Shown here piece by piece: positions 1 to 8,832 of a DNA stretch of 64,000 nt. Every line of letters begins with the position of its first letter. Position 1 is the stretch's first letter. A model generated the notes under the pieces. That model saw nothing but the letters and a program-made list of their open reading frames with translations. It had not been told where the DNA came from and made no database searches. Origin of the DNA: an uncultured Alphaproteobacteria bacterium. GTDB lineage: Bacteria > Pseudomonadota > Alphaproteobacteria > Rs-D84. The translations under genes and the position numbers were made by a program. The DNA lies in NCBI GenBank assembly GCA_963931495.1, contig OZ007020.1, positions 573,880 to 637,879 on the forward strand. Direction: 5' to 3'.

Positions 1-741
1 CAATAAGTCTTTTCGTATATGCCGAAAATACATTGGGAACCATTCAAAATATTGTGGTGAAAATTCTGCGGATGTTATTGTCCCAGGATGGGTCCGGTGA
101 TACACAGATATATTTTGTGTTTCAACAACCAGATTTGCCCGGTAACATATATCCAACATGAATGTTAAATCGTCGCCAAATGTTTTGAATTCTGGGCGAA
201 ATCGCGTGTTGCCAATTAATTCGCGACGATAAATGCGGCGCCATATCCAACACCATTTACTGGCCAGTGGTGCCAACAAAAAACGCGATGGGTTGTTTGA
301 CGACCCAGATATATTTGGAATCCATGTATGATTTTTTGACGGGATAAATCTGAATTTATCGGCAACAATGTTTGTTGCCCCGCCCGCCATATCGGCCCCA
401 GTTGTTTCGGCCATATGTAATAACATTTCCAGCGCGTATTCTGTAAAACAATCGTCAGAATCCAGAAATGCAATGTAACGACCGCGCGCAATGTCCAGTC
501 CCCTGTTCCGTGCGGCGGATACACCGTCATGTGATGTTTGTTGAATCAGGATAAATCGTTTGTCTTGCTGGGTATATTTGCGAATAATTTGTATGCTGTT
601 ATCGGTACTGGCGTCGTCAATGATGATGCATTCAATATTTTTCAGTGATTGGCATTTGATGGATTCCAAAGCATCGCCAATATATTTGGCGTAATTATAG
701 TTTACGACGATTACAGATATATCTGGTACTGTTTTTGACAT
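1..741 (-). CDS. Family 2 glycosyltransferase (GT2); N-terminal ~247 codons, gene continues past window start
   Basis: Minus-strand frame is open from ATG (revcomp of 739-741) to position 1 with no stop; N-terminus MSKTVPDISVIVVNYNYAKYIGDALESIKCQSLKNIECIIIDDASTDNS matches GT2 signature (VVNYN ... DDxSTD); not in ORF track because no stop inside window. Confidence 0.75.
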   Translation of the reverse strand, partial: MSKTVPDISVIVVNYNYAKYIGDALESIKCQSLKNIECIIIDDASTDNSIQIIRKYTQQDKRFILIQQTSHDGVSAARNRGLDIARGRYIAFLDSDDCFTEYALEMLLHMAETTGADMAGGATNIVADKFRFIPSKNHTWIPNISGSSNNPSRFLLAPLASKWCWIWRRIYRRELIGNTRFRPEFKTFGDDLTFMLDICYRANLVVETQNISVYHRTHPGTITSAEFSPQYFEWFPMYFRHIRKDLL

Positions 742-749
742 TGTTTGTT

Positions 750-1415
750 TTAATACAGGCAACTGTCTATGTACACGAAACTGCCGGTGCCATCATTCAT
801 TGTTACATCTGGCCTGATATAGCAATCTGTTATTGTGTTCCAATATGCATTGGCCAGCGAACTGCAACTTATTTCAATAACTTGCATATATACGCCGTCC
901 AGCATTTGGCCACCTGGGGTTGTGTATGAACAGAAATACAATTCGCTGCGGCCACCTGCGTCGTATATACCCTGTGGAAAAATAACTTGTCTTGATTCGT
1001 AGCAGTCGCCACGTACACTGTACAGTGACGGGCAAGATGCACATTCATAGTCTGATGCGCAATCATAATAATTTTGTGGTGATGTAACTGTTGTGCCATT
1101 GGCATTTTTGCATTTTGATAAATAGTACCCAGGACTGCATACGCGAATATAGGATTCTTCGGTGGAATAATCAGACAATTCTTTTAGAAGGCGAATAAAT
1201 TTTCCACCACATGTTCCACCATGGCATAGCTTAGATGCACTGCAATACTGGAAAAAAGACGTGTCGTTTTCGGGCATGCCGGTTTGGTTGTAAACGCGTT
1301 CACTGCTTACAACGCCGGTATAGTTACACATCGCCGCGTTTACATCAGATTTGTATATTATGAATACAAATGAACTGATGATTCCCCAAATTATTTTGCC
1401 TATATCTAGTTTCAT
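750..1415 (-). CDS. Secreted cysteine-rich protein, CxxGYY/CxxCP repeat family (paralog of 21630-22446, 41045-41602, 48491-49819)
   Basis: ORF 750-1475; likely true start Met at 1415 (MKLDIGKIIWGIISSFVFIIYKS signal-like); motifs CSPGYYLSKC, CASCPSLYSVRGDCY; 9 nt upstream of GT2 gene on same strand. Confidence 0.6.
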   Translation of the reverse strand: MKLDIGKIIWGIISSFVFIIYKSDVNAAMCNYTGVVSSERVYNQTGMPENDTSFFQYCSASKLCHGGTCGGKFIRLLKELSDYSTEESYIRVCSPGYYLSKCKNANGTTVTSPQNYYDCASDYECASCPSLYSVRGDCYESRQVIFPQGIYDAGGRSELYFCSYTTPGGQMLDGVYMQVIEISCSSLANAYWNTITDCYIRPDVTMNDGTGSFVYIDSCLY

Positions 1416-1440
1416 TGTTTCAGGTGCCCCTCCGGAATCC

Positions 1441-1560
1441 GATGCCGAATCTAAACGGTGGTTTATTTTCAGCAAATTTTATATTGACTTTTTCTTGGTT
1501 TTCTTGATAAAATTCACACGGTTTGTAACCGAAAATAAACCACCGTTTAGATTTGGCATT
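1441..1560. repeat. Paired palindromic element copy A: 30-bp arms 1441-1470 and 1531-1560 (28/30 inverted identity) around 60-bp spacer; unit GCCGAATCTAAACGGTGGTTTA contains GANTC
   Basis: Left arm gatgccgaatctaaacggtggtttattttc; right arm is reverse complement of aatgccaaatctaaacggtggtttattttc; related copies at 21548-21658 and 50785-50901. Confidence 0.8.
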
Positions 1561-1712
1561 TTGGTTGGTCGTAATTTCTTGTTTTAACTGCTTTTTTGTC
1601 TTTTTTACTTACGCCGGGATATTTATCTTTCATTGTAAAAATTCTTGAATTTATTGGGCAATGTGTATAAAATACCACGAAGTATGTTTATTTTGAACCC
1701 CAGGTATAAGTT

Positions 1713-4112
1713 ATGGCAGATGATATAAAGCAAATTCATGAACGTGAAGAAAAATGGCAACGCCGTTGGGCGGATGCCGGTGTGTTTACCCCCAAAAATG
1801 ATGGCAGCAAGACGCCGTTTTATATGTTGGCGGAATTTCCGTTTCCATCGGGCAACGGACTGACCGGGGGACATATGTTGATTTATTCCGGTTCGGACGT
1901 TATGGCGCGGTTTCGCCGTATGCAGGGCTATGATGTTCTGTTCCCGATGGGGTTTGATTCATTGGGAATTTCGGCGGAAAACTATGCCACGAAAATTGGC
2001 AAGCATCCGTCTGTGGTTGTGCGTGAACTGATTGAAAAATTTACGCACAGTATGATAAGCATGGGTTGGTCTATTGATTTGAAATCGCAAATTGCAACGT
2101 CTGACCCTGAATATATCAAATGGACCCAGTGGATGTTTATCCAGTTCTTTAATGCGGGGTTGGCGTATAAGTCTATGTTGCCGATGAACTGGTGTCCGAA
2201 TTGTCGCACCACGTTGACCAACGAAGAACTGGAAGATGGCAAATGCAATCGTTGTCATGGGCCGGTTGAAATTCGTGAAAAAATGCAGTGGAATCTGGCG
2301 ATTACTAAATATGCCGAACGTTTGTTGGATGATTTGAAATTGGTTGATTATCCGGAACGTGTAAAGCGTGACCAGATAAACTGGATTGGTAAATCCACCG
2401 GTGCGGATGTTGATTTTATGGTCGGTGACGATGTAATGACCGTTTATACCACACGTGTTGATACTATATTTGGTGCGACATTCTGTGCGATTGCACCGGA
2501 ACACAAATTGGTTGCCAAATGGCTGGCGGATGGTCGCATTAAAAATGCGGACGCGGTGCGTGCGTATATAAAACAATCGGCCGAAAAATCTGAATTTGAC
2601 CGGACGGACGCAACAAAAGAAAAAACAGGTGTGCGTTTGGACGGCATAATGGCGCGCAATCCATTTACAGGCGATGAAATCCCCGTATTTGTGGCGGACT
2701 ATGTATTGGTGAATTATGCGCATGGTACGATTATGGCTGTGCCGGCGCACGATGAACGCGACTGGGATTTTGCGAAAAAATTCGGTTTGAAAATTATTCC
2801 TGTGATTGATGGTGGTGAACCCGACAAAGTCTGGACCGGGGATGGCATGCATATTAATTCAGGATTTTTAGATGGTATGAACAAGGCCGACGCAATCGCT
2901 GCCGCGATTAAGTATGGTGCGGAACATGGGTTTGCCCGGCCGAAAACGCGGTTCAAAATGACCGATTGGGGGTTTTCGCGCCAGATGTATTGGGGCGAAC
3001 CAATTCCATTGGTGTATTGTGAAAAATGCGGTTGGGTGCCGGTGCCTGAATCTGAATTACCGTTGATGCAGCCGTATATGGAAAATTATCGCCCGACCGA
3101 GGACGGTGAAAGTCCCCTGGCCCGCGCGACAGATTGGGTTAATACCACGTGTCCAAAATGTGGCGCGCCCGCGCGACGCGAAACGGATACTATGCCGCAA
3201 TGGGCGGGGTCATCGTGGTATTATATGCGGTATCTGGATCCGCGTAATGACAAAGAATTTTGTTCGCGGGAACAAATGGAACGCTGGATGCCGGTAAATC
3301 ATTATAATGGCGGCAATGAACACAATACGCGTCATTTGATTTATTCGCGCTTTTGGCACAAGGCGTTATATGATTTGGGATTTGTAAATACTGTTGAACC
3401 GTATAAAAAGCGGACCACAAATGGTTTGCTGATGGGGTCGGATGGTAAAAAAATGTCTAAATCCGCCGGTAATGGATTCCAGGTTGATGAAATGGTGGCG
3501 CGCGTTGGGGCCGATGCTGCGCGTACGACAGTGTTATCGTTGGGGCCGTGGGATACGAATGTGAACTGGTCAGACGGTGCGCTGGCCGGGGTACAAAGAT
3601 TCCTGAAGCGCGTGGAAAATATGGCGGATAATCTGACCGATGATGTGATGACGTCCGAACAGGAACGTTTGGTTAATCAATTAATCGCAGATATGACAGA
3701 ACGACTGGAAAATATGCGGTTTAATACGGCGATTTCCGCGATGATGGAATTTATTAACCAGTTCAGTGGCACTATGCCCCGCCCTGTGTACGAAGTATTG
3801 ATTCAAATGTTGAACCCATTCGCACCGCATTTGACCGAAGAAATTTGGGAACGTTTAGGGCACGCGGATATGTTGGTGTTTCAACCGTGGCCAACATACG
3901 ACGCCGCAAAATTGGCGAAAACAACAATGACAATTGTTGTTTCGGTTAATGGTAAACGTGCGTCTGATTTTGTGGTGCCTGTTTCTGCCACAGAAGAAGA
4001 AATTGTTGATGCCGCCAAACAGGCCGCATCCAAAAAACTGGTCGGTGCCAGTATTATCAAAACAATTGTTGTACCGAACAAGTTGGTGAATTTTGTGGTT
4101 CGCAACAACTGA
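1713..4112 (+). CDS. leuS: Leucine--tRNA ligase
   Basis: 799 aa; class I aaRS HIGH-like (PFPSGNGLTGGHM) and KMSKS (KMSKSAGNG) motifs, PMGFDSLGISAE region and Zn-knuckle CPNC...CNRC typical of LeuRS. Confidence 0.88.
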   Translation: MADDIKQIHEREEKWQRRWADAGVFTPKNDGSKTPFYMLAEFPFPSGNGLTGGHMLIYSGSDVMARFRRMQGYDVLFPMGFDSLGISAENYATKIGKHPSVVVRELIEKFTHSMISMGWSIDLKSQIATSDPEYIKWTQWMFIQFFNAGLAYKSMLPMNWCPNCRTTLTNEELEDGKCNRCHGPVEIREKMQWNLAITKYAERLLDDLKLVDYPERVKRDQINWIGKSTGADVDFMVGDDVMTVYTTRVDTIFGATFCAIAPEHKLVAKWLADGRIKNADAVRAYIKQSAEKSEFDRTDATKEKTGVRLDGIMARNPFTGDEIPVFVADYVLVNYAHGTIMAVPAHDERDWDFAKKFGLKIIPVIDGGEPDKVWTGDGMHINSGFLDGMNKADAIAAAIKYGAEHGFARPKTRFKMTDWGFSRQMYWGEPIPLVYCEKCGWVPVPESELPLMQPYMENYRPTEDGESPLARATDWVNTTCPKCGAPARRETDTMPQWAGSSWYYMRYLDPRNDKEFCSREQMERWMPVNHYNGGNEHNTRHLIYSRFWHKALYDLGFVNTVEPYKKRTTNGLLMGSDGKKMSKSAGNGFQVDEMVARVGADAARTTVLSLGPWDTNVNWSDGALAGVQRFLKRVENMADNLTDDVMTSEQERLVNQLIADMTERLENMRFNTAISAMMEFINQFSGTMPRPVYEVLIQMLNPFAPHLTEEIWERLGHADMLVFQPWPTYDAAKLAKTTMTIVVSVNGKRASDFVVPVSATEEEIVDAAKQAASKKLVGASIIKTIVVPNKLVNFVVRNN

Positions 4113-4116
4113 TAAA

Positions 4117-4136
4117 AAACGCCCGTGTGGGCGTTT
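4117..4136. terminator. Rho-independent bidirectional terminator between leuS and rpiB
   Basis: Hairpin aaacgcccgtgtgggcgttt flanked by A-run and T-run, between convergent genes. Confidence 0.7.
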
Positions 4137-4141
4137 CTTAT

Positions 4142-4588
4142 TTAAGAGATTTTTTTCAGTCGGCGCACACGGCGTTCGTTTTCATCAAATGGACTTTCCA
4201 AAAATGCACGTGCGGTTAAAAATGATACTTCTATATCAATATCATCCGCGGCCAACGCCAATACGTTGATGTCATCGTGAAAACGATCATCGCGTGCCTG
4301 GTCCGGGCGGTCACAGCGTGACGCACGGATATGGCGATAACGATTGGCGGCGATTTGCATCCCGGCGCCTGTGCCACAAATTAATATTCCGCGTGATTTT
4401 TCGTCGTCAACCATTGCATCTGCCAGCGCTTTGGCAATGTCTGGAAAATCAACCGGGGTATTGGGGTCATCCGTCCCCAGGTTCACAACACTGTATCCGA
4501 TTGCGTTTAACATTTCTGTCAGGTATAACTTTACACCAACACCACGATGGTCGGCGGCGATATATAACTTTGATATTGTTTTATTCAT
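4142..4588 (-). CDS. rpiB: Ribose-5-phosphate isomerase B
   Basis: 148 aa; LYIAADHRG ... ICGTGAGMQIAANR motifs of RpiB/LacAB family. Confidence 0.85.
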   Translation of the reverse strand: MNKTISKLYIAADHRGVGVKLYLTEMLNAIGYSVVNLGTDDPNTPVDFPDIAKALADAMVDDEKSRGILICGTGAGMQIAANRYRHIRASRCDRPDQARDDRFHDDINVLALAADDIDIEVSFLTARAFLESPFDENERRVRRLKKIS

Positions 4589-4934
4589 CTTTTTTGCCCT
4601 TTCTTTTCGCCAATTTGCATTCCAGTCCCGTATTGCCGGTTATATTTAGTGTGTAATATGATAATGTTCCGGTCATTTGGGCATTGCTGAAAACATTTGC
4701 GGTATTGACAATTGCCGGACCATCCAGGGTGCCGTGTAAAAACAAGTTTGTTGCCGTGATTTTTCCGGCCACACGCCCGCCCCGCCCGATTACAACAGTA
4801 TCGGCGGTTATGTTTCCGATAACGTTACCGTGAATTTGCACAGAATGGTCGGTTTTTATGTCGCCCGTCAGTTTGCACCCGGCGCCAATAATTGTTGGTG
4901 ATGTTTTTTCTTTTGCGTTTGTAAATGCCAGCAT
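4581..4934 (-). CDS. Bactofilin (polymer-forming cytoskeletal protein, DUF583)
   Basis: 117 aa; beta-helical repeat pattern GDIKTDHSVQIHGNVIGNITADTVVIGRGGRVAGKITATNLFLHGTLDG typical of bactofilins/CcmA; overlaps rpiB start by 8 nt. Confidence 0.8.
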   Translation of the reverse strand: MLAFTNAKEKTSPTIIGAGCKLTGDIKTDHSVQIHGNVIGNITADTVVIGRGGRVAGKITATNLFLHGTLDGPAIVNTANVFSNAQMTGTLSYYTLNITGNTGLECKLAKRKGKKDE

Positions 4935-4935
4935 T

Positions 4936-6222
4936 TTATTCTTCCTTTACAAATTTTGTTGGGTCAAAAGGTACACCCTTGTACCGAATTTCATAGTGCA
5001 AGTGTGGCCCCGTAGAACGACCAGTTGAACCCGCCAGTCCAACAACAGTGCCTGGGCGTACCCAATCGCCACGCGTAACCATTATTTGCGACAGGTGGGC
5101 GTATAATGTTGTAAATCCCAACCCGTGGTCAATTTCAACCGTTGTGCCGTATCCAACGCGGTCACCCGCAGATACAACGCGACCGGGGGCAACCGCAAAC
5201 AATTCTGTACCAATTTTGCCGGCAAAATCAATACCGCGATGTTTCTTTTGTTCACTGGTAAATGGGTCGGTGCGTGTGCCGTACCGTGACGTTACGCGGA
5301 CATTTTCAACCGGCGCGCCAAGCGGTAATACGCGATCCAGTTTAGACAGACCGTTCCACAGTTCTAAATCATCAGCCAATTTTTGATATTTTGGATCCAA
5401 GTCTTTATCAAATTCAATTGGGCTGAACGCGGCGCCAACCAATGGATTAGAAAATTTATTCGCATTACGTATCAAAACTTTTTGTGTCAGCCCCAGTGAT
5501 GCAATTGTTGTATTGATGTTATTCATACTGGCGCGTAATGCGTCAATGTTTTCGGTGGCCAGTTTTGATACAGTATCAAATATCTGTGCATCGGCCGCCG
5601 CAACACTTTGCATTTGTTCCACTAATTGGGTGTTGCGTTTTTTCAGTTCCGCGTTTTCGGCACGCGTCAGTTCCAAATCAACAGATAATTCAGACAATTT
5701 GGTATGTTCGGGGGCATAGTCAGAATTTGTGAACATTTCGTTCAATCGCGTGCGCAGAAAATCCAGTTCGCCCCATGTTTTTAACTGGTCATTCATCAGG
5801 TTTTGTTTTTCGGATTCTGATAATTCAGACGCGTTTAATATCTTGTCATCAATTATATTCAAATTGCGCGTCAGTTCGTTATATTTTTCCATATATGTTT
5901 GCAAATCTGTCATTTGACGCACGTGCAAAGATTTCATTTCTTCCAGTTGCTGGGTGCGATGCTGTAACATTGGCCGGTGATAAATAAATACGTATGTTGA
6001 CCATGTTGCCCATATAACCAACCCAATCTTGCCGCAGAATTTGGTGAAACGCCAAAAACTGCTTTGCTGGAATGTATAAACGTTGCCACGTGGAATATCC
6101 ATCACCGTGAATTCACGTGGTGGAAACACACGGCATATGGCGCGCCACAGCGCACGAAACGGCGATGTTATAAACGCCCATAATGATGTAAAATATTTCG
6201 TTATAAAGTTTATCATATCCAC
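4936..6222 (-). CDS. M23 family metallopeptidase with N-terminal TM segment and coiled coil (EnvC/DipM/Csd-like)
   Basis: 428 aa; C-terminal HRGIDFAG ... HLHYEI M23 (LytM) motifs; long coiled-coil; 2 nt after bactofilin start. Confidence 0.8.
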   Translation of the reverse strand: MDMINFITKYFTSLWAFITSPFRALWRAICRVFPPREFTVMDIPRGNVYTFQQSSFWRFTKFCGKIGLVIWATWSTYVFIYHRPMLQHRTQQLEEMKSLHVRQMTDLQTYMEKYNELTRNLNIIDDKILNASELSESEKQNLMNDQLKTWGELDFLRTRLNEMFTNSDYAPEHTKLSELSVDLELTRAENAELKKRNTQLVEQMQSVAAADAQIFDTVSKLATENIDALRASMNNINTTIASLGLTQKVLIRNANKFSNPLVGAAFSPIEFDKDLDPKYQKLADDLELWNGLSKLDRVLPLGAPVENVRVTSRYGTRTDPFTSEQKKHRGIDFAGKIGTELFAVAPGRVVSAGDRVGYGTTVEIDHGLGFTTLYAHLSQIMVTRGDWVRPGTVVGLAGSTGRSTGPHLHYEIRYKGVPFDPTKFVKEE

Positions 6223-6920
6223 CCCAGTCTAGCCAAAGTGGAATTAATAGTCAAGCCATCACGTAATACGGGTTCATAGTTCATTGGCAGTCCGTTATAC
6301 AGTTTGTCACCGCCACCTGTACCAATGCGACAGCGTATCAAGACGCGTTCGGCGTTCTGTTTGGCACCAAACAGCGGCACGATTGTTATGTCGCCGCAGT
6401 TGGCGCCGCGCATCGCAAAAACAGCATCAGACATTCGGGATGCATCAATTATGATGCAACAGTATCCACGTGGCCGAACGCGGGCAATGCATTTGCGCGT
6501 CCATTGAATAATGTCTGTGTTATGGTGGGCGTTATGATGTGCCGGTGTGCCGGTGAAATATGGCGGATTGGTTATGACCGCGTCAAATGTGCGTGGGGTG
6601 CGCCACGACATTATGTCGGCGTTTATCAGTTCAATATCGCAATTATTTAATTCGGCGTTTCGGGCGCATTCGGTCAACATTTTGTCTGATATATCAATTC
6701 CGGTAAGTTTAATGTTCGGGTTGTGGGCGTTCAGGCATAATCCAACCCCACCAGTACCAATACCAACGTCCAGTACGGTTCTTATTTTTTCTGGGACAAA
6801 TGCGGCCAGCCATGCGGCATCAGATGTGGCATTGTATTCACCGCGAAACATCCGAACGCGACCGCCCAGCATGGTAAAAATTGCTTGTTTTTGCGCCATA
6901 TGTATATAATAATTCAACAA
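6213..6920 (-). CDS. SAM-dependent N6-adenine methyltransferase (TrmN6/YfiC-like)
   Basis: 235 aa; VLDVGIGTGGVGL SAM motif and NPPYF catalytic motif; overlaps M23 gene start by 10 nt (operon). Confidence 0.65.
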   Translation of the reverse strand: MLNYYIHMAQKQAIFTMLGGRVRMFRGEYNATSDAAWLAAFVPEKIRTVLDVGIGTGGVGLCLNAHNPNIKLTGIDISDKMLTECARNAELNNCDIELINADIMSWRTPRTFDAVITNPPYFTGTPAHHNAHHNTDIIQWTRKCIARVRPRGYCCIIIDASRMSDAVFAMRGANCGDITIVPLFGAKQNAERVLIRCRIGTGGGDKLYNGLPMNYEPVLRDGLTINSTLARLGWI

Positions 6921-6937
6921 AATAAAAAGGCAAGTTT

Positions 6938-7945
6938 ATGTTTGATGATACCGTTATTGTGCAAAGTGCCATCAGTGCGTTTAATAACGTTGCGCTGGTT
7001 GCGCCGGGGTTCTTGTGGTCGGCGATTTTGTCAGTGCCGTTGTTCTTGATTGTGTATTATTGTGGCGACGCATTTATGCAGCGGTTTGGCTGGACCAGTG
7101 GGAATATAAATCGGCGGGTTTCAATCATAACAGTTTTGTTAATACTGGGGTGGTTATTGCTGTTTGGCGGAAATTATGCGGTTTTGCGTGATAATTTAAC
7201 GGTTTTGCCGTTTGCAATGGCTGGGATGTTGTTCTTGGCGGCGATGTTTATTGGGGCGTGGTATAAAGAATTAAAAATACCACAGTATCGCAATCTGTCG
7301 CGGTGGGGAAAGTTTTGTGTGGTCATTGCGTGGGTAATCTTGTTTGCTGTGGCCGGGTTGTCAGATATGCATGCGTGGTGGGGGCCAATAATGCAAATCA
7401 GTGCGCTGGGGGTTGGTATAGTGTTGGGGCGCATGATTGGTGACAAGGTCCGTGATGTGCCATTTGTGCTGGTTTTAATGTTTGGTGTTGCAGTATTGTT
7501 GTTAATGCAGCCAGAATTTTTCCGGTTTGGGCAATTGGGGGCACTGACGCCATTTCATTTGTTGGCACTGGTTTTAATGTCAATGGCGGTAATGGCAACG
7601 TTCGCTGTGCGCATGGTGCGGCCGCGTGGGCGTATTCGTCACAGTGTGTATGTTAAATTAAAGTGGTTGTTGCGATTGATTTCTGTGTTGTGTATGGCGC
7701 TGTTTGTGCTGACAGAATCTGTGCCGGTCTTTATCGGAATGTCTGGGCTGTTGTTTGTTGTGTTCGTAATTTCTGTGTGGCACGCATCAAGTATTAATGC
7801 ACATCTGGGCAATCGTATGTTTGCAATTGCGTTGATGCTGTTCGGGGTGTTGACAACAATGCCGGCGATTTCTGCGCTGGGGATTTTGCGTTGGGTCAGT
7901 TTGCCGACAGAAAACAGATGGCAGCAATTAAAATTCTTGTTATAA
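6938..7945 (+). CDS. Polytopic inner-membrane protein, unknown function
   Basis: 335 aa, ~9 hydrophobic helices, no recognisable motif. Confidence 0.5.
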   Translation: MFDDTVIVQSAISAFNNVALVAPGFLWSAILSVPLFLIVYYCGDAFMQRFGWTSGNINRRVSIITVLLILGWLLLFGGNYAVLRDNLTVLPFAMAGMLFLAAMFIGAWYKELKIPQYRNLSRWGKFCVVIAWVILFAVAGLSDMHAWWGPIMQISALGVGIVLGRMIGDKVRDVPFVLVLMFGVAVLLLMQPEFFRFGQLGALTPFHLLALVLMSMAVMATFAVRMVRPRGRIRHSVYVKLKWLLRLISVLCMALFVLTESVPVFIGMSGLLFVVFVISVWHASSINAHLGNRMFAIALMLFGVLTTMPAISALGILRWVSLPTENRWQQLKFLL

Positions 7946-8034
7946 TTTGTTATATTTATTGAATACACTTTTTTGCGCATATAATGTATCATTCGTTCCG
8001 ATAAATATGTAAAGATTAAACAGGCTGGGTTAAA

Positions 8035-8832
8035 ATGATACATCCAACAGCAATTGTTCATGATGGCGCCGTTATTGGCGCAGATTGTAAAATCGGACCT
8101 TTTTGTATCGTCGGACCAAATGTTGTGTTGGGCGATCGTGTTGAATTAGTGTCTAATGTTATAATTGATGGGAAAACGTTCATAGGTGACGATTCTATTG
8201 TTTATCCGTTCGCCGTACTGGGGGTAATGAGCCAAGATTTGAAATGGCAAGATGAAGCAGCAATGACAGGATTGCGTATCGGTAAACGCTGTAAAATCCG
8301 TGAATATGTAACAATACATTCGGGAACACCGGCGTCTGATGGAACGGTTATCGGGGATGATTGCCAGATAATGGTTAATGCCCACGTTGGACACGACTGT
8401 AAAATTGGCAACAGTGTTGTTATGTCAAATGTTGTTCAGGTGGCCGGACATGTTGAAATAGAAGATTTTGCAATATTGTCTGGGGGGGTTATGGTATTGC
8501 AATTCGCACGTATTGGGCGCAATGCATTTATCGGTGGTATGTCTGGGGTTGGTAATGATGTGTTGCCATATGCAATATATGATGGTGCGCCACGTGCGGT
8601 ATATCGCACGATTAATCGTGTTGGTTTGATGCGACACGGTTTTACAAACGAAGATATGCATGCCATACATACAGTGTATGCGGCGGTGTTTCACAGTAAT
8701 GATGGTACTGTTACAGAACGATTGGCCCGCATACGCAAAGAAGTTAAAAATAATAAATATGCCATGGACGCAATTGATTTCATAGAAAATCGGTCAAAAC
8801 GTGGTATTGGTACATCGCGTGATGCAGAATAG
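8035..8832 (+). CDS. lpxA: UDP-N-acetylglucosamine O-acyltransferase
   Basis: 265 aa hexapeptide-repeat protein MIHPTAIVHDGAVIGADCKIGPFCIVGPNVVLG; immediately upstream of lpxB. Confidence 0.85.
   Translation: MIHPTAIVHDGAVIGADCKIGPFCIVGPNVVLGDRVELVSNVIIDGKTFIGDDSIVYPFAVLGVMSQDLKWQDEAAMTGLRIGKRCKIREYVTIHSGTPASDGTVIGDDCQIMVNAHVGHDCKIGNSVVMSNVVQVAGHVEIEDFAILSGGVMVLQFARIGRNAFIGGMSGVGNDVLPYAIYDGAPRAVYRTINRVGLMRHGFTNEDMHAIHTVYAAVFHSNDGTVTERLARIRKEVKNNKYAMDAIDFIENRSKRGIGTSRDAE

Noticed and set aside
216-530. 104-aa minus-strand ORF at the window start
   Set aside because: Wrong frame within the GT2 glycosyltransferase gene, which is open across 1-741.
1441-1560. Interpretation of the palindrome pairs as three copies of one MITE or IS remnant
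   Set aside because: The spacers between arms are unrelated across the three loci, no target-site duplications are evident, and no transposase occurs anywhere in the window. Independent pairs of a short palindromic unit fit better.
1959-2852. 297-aa minus-strand ORF (and several shorter ones) inside leuS
   Set aside because: Antisense to a well-supported conserved gene. The composition is Arg/Phe/His-rich, typical of the reverse frame of AT-rich coding DNA.
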